The notes below the pieces were generated by a model. It made no database searches. It was not told the origin of the DNA and saw only the letters and a program-made list of their open reading frames with translations. Made by a program: the position numbers and the translations under genes. A stretch of 64,000 nucleotides of DNA, taken from the NCBI GenBank assembly GCA_013239625.1, contig MU053504.1:186001-250000 (forward strand), written 5' to 3'. This DNA is from Lama guanicoe. Lineage: Eukaryota. This document shows, one piece after another, positions 58,037-64,000 of the stretch (the first letter of the stretch is position 1; every line of letters begins with the position of its first letter).

Positions 58037-61000
58037 TCCTACAAGTGAAGGCAAGTGAACACCAGATGCAGCCAGGCCAGGCAGCTCAGGGAAGCTCTGG
58101 TTCCCCGGGGCAAGGCCTGGGAGATGTTCCCAGAGGGATCCAGAAGGAACATGGGGCCTGAACATATGGCCTAGCTCAGTCCCTGCACCTCCCACTCATG
58201 GTCTCTGTCTCTCTTCCCCTCCCCTCTGGGAGCTGGAATGGGGACCTATGATCTCTGGGACCCTCAAGTCATGGGCTGGGAAATCCCACTTGACTCATTG
58301 TTCAGATGCACTTTGATCAGATGCATGGCTCAGGCCTGGGGAACCCAAACTGCACACGAGTCTCTGAGCATCCCTAAGTCAGACACCCAGGTGTGTTTTC
58401 CATGAGTCCATGGATCTGTGCAGGAGTCTGTGTGTCTGTAGTAGCGAGCGTTTCAATACGAGTCTTTGTGCCAGCGTGTGTAATGTGTGCACATGCTTCG
58501 AGTTTGTGCTGCAGCATCTACGGTGAGTCTGAGTGTGTGCTCTGGAATCTGTCTTTGTGCCTGGGATTGTGTATGTTTACCTCGAGGGCTTCTCTGAGGC
58601 ACTTCTGCACACATGTCTGGGTGGTGTGTGTCTGCTTGTGTCACTACACACAAGGCCTGTCCCTTGTCTGTGCCTCTTCCACCCCTCCCCATGGACCACC
58701 TCTCTGCAGGCTTATGCATGTACCCCAGCTGGGCTCCAGAGGTCCCCCATCCTTGGGTCTGAAAATCAAGGTGCCCCGCCCACTCTGATGCCCACGCCCA
58801 GCTGCTGACCGCCATGTCTCGCTGCCTCTGGGCTTCCTATGCGGATCCTCCCCACCTCACCAGGCACTCACCACTCTGTATGGTGGGGGTGCAAGGACCA
58901 GCATCTGCTTCTGTCACTCTCCCCTTGATCCTTCTCTTGGCAGTTTCCAGCCCTGCCCCGTGTTTTCCAGGATCTTCCAAGCTTTTCCTGAAAGAGCAGG
59001 GTCTCTTCCTTATAATCCCAGCAGCCCTGGAAAGAGCCTTGCTCAGGTTTGGGGATTCTGTAGTCAGCTGGATATCAACTCTCTGCCTTTTTCCAGAACA
59101 TACCTGCTGCCTGGGATGTCCTCCCTATCTTCTCTGTCTGTAGAATGCCTACTCTTCATCACCTCTTCCAGGGAGCCCTCTCTGATTGCACAAGCATCTC
59201 TGTGCCCCTCTGCTTTCCTCTTAGGCAGCTCCCATCTTCCTGGGGGTGTGGGATTACTGGAGACATACCCCCAGACAGACAGGACACACTGGATGATGAA
59301 CAACTTTGAGGGGTAGAGAGTAGGTCTAATTCTTTCCCAAATGAACAGAGCCAGCCCATGCCTGGCACAGGGCAAGTGTTCAGTATACTGTTATTATTTA
59401 GGGCTCTGCAGAAGGTCAAGTAGTTGTGGATCCCTTGAGGCCTGTGCATAACAGTCCGGAATCATGGGCAGGGAGCTCTCCATGGCTCAGATAAAAAGCC
59501 AGAGGCAGTGTGTGAAATTCACATAGGAGAGCAAGGCAAGGGATTCTAAAGTTAACATACATGTATATGTTTGTATAAATGGACATATATAACAGAGATA
59601 TACATAGATGCAGGAATATTATATTTCTGTCTTTGAATATATTGTTTGTATATATCAAACATTTATTTAATTTTAACCATATGCTAGGTATTTTTCCAAA
59701 GATTATGTCAATTTTGACATAGATATTATGTTTTATTGATGAGGAAACTGAGGCACAGGGAGGTTAACTAACTCTAAGGTCTTTTTCTAAGGTCAAGAAT
59801 CCCACAGGTCATAAGGGTCAGGAGTCATACCTCGGCAGTCTGGATCCAGGGCCATGTGCTTTAGTGCCATGAGATGCTTTTCCTGATCCTTCTTTCCCAA
59901 GAAAAATGGCAGATCCTGGACTTAGGGTCCCAGAAGCTGCCACCCAAGAATTGGGTCATGGAGATGAGGCTTAACTGTTTTGTGTGTAGGAAAGACTTGG
60001 GAGGCTCCCCTAGCTTCCCGTGATGCACTTACCATGTCCCAGGCACTAGGGATGGGAACAGCAGTGAACTCACACAGAGTAGGCCAGCCAAGTGTGTGAA
60101 GAGCTGGCTCAGGGACAGTAATTATGTTATTTGCTGGATATTTACTAAGTGCCACCATTAATGCTGTATGTGTAATATCTCATTCAAGCTTCACAACACT
60201 TCGAATGAGGTGGGTACAGCCAGGACACCCATTTTGCAGGTGAGAAGGTGAAGGGACTTGCTCAGAGTCACTCAGGGAGATAGGGACGCAGTTAGGACTT
60301 AAGCTTTGGCTCTGGTGGTCAGTGGCTTAAAAAATAGGAGTCAGCAGGGTGTTGTGGCTACTCACTGATCAGTTTGAGGAGTCGGGTGGGTCTCCACCTC
60401 AGCCCTGCCTAGCCTAAATCAGGGACATTTCATTCATCTCTGGACCTCCACTTTAAAGAGGAATATTATCAGATTTGGGTGGGTCCCATAAGGAAGGATG
60501 TCAGAACCACCTAGCTAGAGGAACCAGGGCATATAACAGAAGAGAAGAGTTGGGGGCACATCACCTGAGGCCCTCAGATGTAGAGTTAGGCATACAGTGC
60601 AGGGGGACAGAGAGTCATCAGAGATTCTTTGGGAAGAGGTGACCTCCCCATCAGTTGAGGCATTCCAGCATGGCTGGATGATGACTGTGGCTGTGGAGGA
60701 GATTCTAGCATCACATGAAGAACCAGATAACATATTAGGTCCTTTGAGATCCTGGAGCATGAGCCTATGAATTCAATTCTGTCCTGGCTCCAAGATAGCT
60801 TATCTTCAAGTCCTTGAGTTTCTCAGAGAGGCAACTTCATGTAGGAGAAACACCATGAGTTTTTGGCAGCAAAACTGAGTTCAAAACCAGGCCCTACCTA
60901 ACTTGTAACTTCAGGCAGGGGACTTAAGCTCTGTGCTTTGTGTCTCGGTTTCCACATGGCTAATACAGGTCCAGCAATGCTTACCTCAGAAGGCTGTGAG

Positions 61001-61583
61001 GAGGATTAAATGGAGTCATGTGCCTGGAACACAGTAGATGCTCAATAAATGCTCATCCCTTTTCCTAAACAGAGCCAAGAACCAGGCTGAGGGAGGGATG
61101 GGACACCCTGATGATTTTATAATATGCTGTATTTAAGCTCATCCTGCAGTTAAGAAGCAGAGGTACAGAGAAGCCCACCTGACTCGCCTGAGTTTACAAA
61201 GCGAGTGGGAGCAGAATCAGAATGATCCTGGGTCCCCCAGTTGCCAGCCCTGGGACGTTTCTGCCTCACTCCACAGCATCGGACAGGCTGGGAAAGTCAC
61301 CTCCCCGCTTCTGGGCCTTTGTAAAATGACCCACTTGGGGTGACTGACCTTTGAAAGCCCCTTCCTGCTCCCGGGATGGCAGCATCTGTGACATTCTCTC
61401 TACCCTACCCAGTGGCCGGGATGTGCTGAGTGCTAACCAGCTGCCTCCAGATCCTGTGACGTGCACCCAAATGGGGGACAGATGGCGAAACAGGAGACGC
61501 CCAGGGACTGACCCCTGGTGCAGACTCTGTGGCCACTAGCCCAGGCACCCCAGCCCACCCACCAGCCTGGGCCCCAAGCCCAC

Positions 61584-61750
61584 CTGTACAGCTGCCCCTC
61601 GCTGCCCAGCTGGAAATGCTCATACTGGGCGTAGGCCTCGTTGCCATCCCAGTCTTGCAGCTCCACGCGCAGAGAGTAGGCTGCCTTGTTGGTGAGCTGG
61701 TGCACCACCTCATTGCCTAGCCAGTGCTCCCCGGCTGGGTTGCCAAAGCC
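61584..61750 (-). CDS. ANGPT4: Angiopoietin-4 exon 7
   Basis: CCCTAG| ... |GTGGGC, 167 nt. Encodes GFGNPAGEHWLGNEVVHQLTNKAAYSLRVELQDWDGNEAYAQYEHFQLGSEGQLY(R). Confidence 0.95.
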
Positions 61751-61984
61751 CTAGGGAAGGGGAGAATGGGGGTAGGCTGCATGCCAAGGAGGAGGCTATG
61801 CCTCTGGTTAAGGAGTTGGGTTGAGTCAGGCTCCAGGGACACTTACCCCAAACCATTTTGCCTAATGACCAAGTTCATAAAGTACAGTGAGGGCAGGCCT
61901 AGGGGTGGGAGCACCTCACCTCCTAGAGCAAAAAGGCTAAGACTTTTGTAAATATAAAAGCCTGTTAAAAATAATTGAAATCAC

Positions 61985-62230
61985 ATTTCTATGAAGCTCA
62001 AGAATAAGGCAAAACAAATCTGTGGTGATAGATGTCAGAATAGCAATGACCTTTAGGGGAGTACTGACTTGGAGGGGAAACAAGGAGGACTTTTGGGGTG
62101 CTGGAGGTGTTGTATATCTAGCTTTGAGTGGTGGTCACGTGGGTGAATGCATACGTAAAAATTCACTGAGTTTTACACTTAAGATTTGCATAGTCAGCTG
62201 CACATATATTAAATTTCAACTTAAAAAATG
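61985..62230 (+). mobile_element. L1M (L1MC/ME-type) 3' UTR fragment
   Basis: GGCAAAACAAATCTGTGGTGATAGATGTCAGAATAG...AAAATTCACTGAGTTTTACACTTAAGATTTG. Confidence 0.7.
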
Positions 62231-63209
62231 AAAACTTGAATCAGCTGCATAAATGGTAGTGCAAACTTTGTTCAGCAACATGGCAGCCACTGCAAGGCTT
62301 CAGTAACGTAGAAATGTAAAGCTAAGAGTGTTGGGACTCACCAATGTCCCAGGGTGACAAGAAATCAACGCCCTTGGCCGGAACAATAATTCAGCACCAA
62401 GGACAGGGCACACCTCAACCCCCCCACTCCCCATTTTAGTCATGCTGTACCACTGATTAGCTTAATGGTTAATATTCAGCTCTCTTTTGTATATTTCTGC
62501 TTCTGAGCACCCTATATCTCTTTGCATCTTAATGATTCTTTAAAACCCAATTGGTTAAAGGACACTCATAGCTTAATTTGTATTTAAGTATTGAACAGCA
62601 AGCAGACACAAAAAAATTGTGTTGTATTTCTGTGTATCTTTACCTATCTCTTTTGCTCTTGAAAACTTTAAGAGCTTTTAGGTCAGTCTGCCAAAAAGTT
62701 TTTATTCAAAATGTAATTAAAAATTGGAAGACAATCAGGCACTCTTGTCTTGTAAAATGCATAGGGTCTTTGAGCCAGCAATTCTGCATTAAAAAAAAAT
62801 GTCTTCTGCAGATGTTGTCACATATGTGTGCTAAGACAAGAGCATTCATTTAAGCAATGCAGCCAGAGGCGGGCAGGGGAGATCCCTTTTCTCTGTTCCC
62901 TTTTTTGTATTCTTTAAAAATTTTTAGCAATGTATATGTGTTAGTGTTTCCCCAAACTGAATGAAAATAAAATCAAACTTTCATTCTTAGATATATGTCA
63001 GAACTTTCAAAAATAATGTTCAATTTCAGGTGATGGAGTCCTGACAGCAAATGTGCACTGGGCAAATCTGCTTGAAGATGGTTGATTTTAGGTGTGCTGA
63101 TTTTTTTTTTCTGGAAAGGATTGAGGGCAAATCAGACCCCTGCCCATAACCCACTTCCTGTCCTGGTTTTCAGGGCAAAAAATTTTCCTCCCCAGGGCAG
63201 CAATGTTAC

Positions 63210-63311
63210 CTGTTTGTAATCCTTCCAGTTCCGTTGGAAATTCACACTGCCATTCTCTCGGCGCTGGATGAGGGTCCACCCACCTCCATTGGCTTCCATG
63301 TCACAGAACAC
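63210..63311 (-). CDS. ANGPT4: Angiopoietin-4 exon 6 (upstream exons lie beyond the window)
   Basis: CTCCAG| ... |GTAACA, 102 nt. Encodes [34 protein letters not shown], the fibrinogen-domain signature. The four exons total 561 nt (187 codons including stop) with no frameshift. Confidence 0.95.
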
Positions 63312-64000
63312 CTGGAGGGAATTGGGGAGCTGGGGAGTTGGAGGCTCCTGGAGGCAGCCAGAAGCCAGGTCTGGGCCAGCCCAAGGGTGATTTGGCTGAT
63401 AGAGCTTCACAGAGAACAGGTGAGCCTGGTATTCAAAGACATCAGAAAGATCCAAGTCCAAATTCCCCACCTGTTGCCTTCGTTTTTCTAAAGTGGTGGG
63501 CAAATGATGCCCTCTCAGAGCCTTCCTTTCCTCATTTGTAAAATGAGGATATTAATACCTTAACCTTGTTGTGTCTCAGTTTCTCACGTGCAAACTGGGA
63601 TCATTGTGAGAATTAAACGAGATGAGTCATTCGTCTAAAGAACAGAGCCTGGCACCACCTACTAGGAACAAAGTAAATGGAGGCTTTTCACTAGCTACTC
63701 TTGCAGGGTTGCTGTAAGAATTAAATGCCAAGAAATGTAAAGTGCTTGGCACACAGTGTAGACTCAGGAAATGGGATTAGCAGGTGTGCGAGAAGTGTTA
63801 CAATCTGAGCCATTCTCCTTGATATATTCAGAAGAATTGAAAGAAAATTGGAAAGGGAATATGAAGTGGGAAGACTGGTTAGTTGTTCCCCAAACTCTTC
63901 TGCTTCTGGGCCTGGCCCTGAAAACCCTCCCTCTTGACATCCACACTTTGCCTTGACCACCATCTCCCTGCACATTTGATAACCAGACCTCAGAGTTCAG

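Noticed and set aside
61433-63503. ORF-track versions of the ANGPT4 exons (61433-61708 and 63132-63503) as stand-alone genes
   Set aside because: They are exons 7 and 6 read into flanking intron; true boundaries are set by GT-AG sites.
1-64000. CRISPR arrays, operons, rRNA, intact ERV or transposase genes, processed pseudogenes
   Set aside because: No regularly spaced repeats, no gag/pol/env or transposase ORFs, and no recognisable retrocopy were seen; a small diverged ncRNA cannot be excluded without an Infernal/Rfam search.

Overview
This is mammalian genomic DNA, most likely a camelid, since seven copies of a short tRNA-Ala(AGC)-derived SINE resemble the camelid Vic-1 family. The window matches the conserved SLC52A3 - FAM110A - ANGPT4 block (human 20p13 synteny, from recall). 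It holds a complete single-coding-exon FAM110A (+, 26288-27175, 295 aa) with at least two CpG-island first exons and a polyA signal. It also holds the last four coding exons of ANGPT4 (-, fibrinogen-like domain, intact frame, GT-AG junctions) and a probable non-coding first exon of SLC52A3 (-, ~1230-1310). The rest is intronic or intergenic DNA rich in MIR, L2, L1M, MaLR/ERV LTRs and hAT remnants, with three assembly gap regions. Nearly all other ORFs in the track are spurious. I see no clear new multi-gene system. The best leads are regulatory or protein-level. (1) An AUG-UAA start-stop element lies 5 nt before the FAM110A AUG, and a stop-free in-frame 5' extension runs across the exon 1a/exon 2 junction. 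(2) Two co-oriented CTCF sites both carry the upstream motif at identical spacing. (3) Three solo LTRs are packed between the putative SLC52A3 promoter and those CTCF sites. (4) ANGPT4 has an Ang2-like P-x-R loop and an R>H change in its terminal MMxRP motif. Repeat family names and orthologue comparisons come from memory, not from searches.
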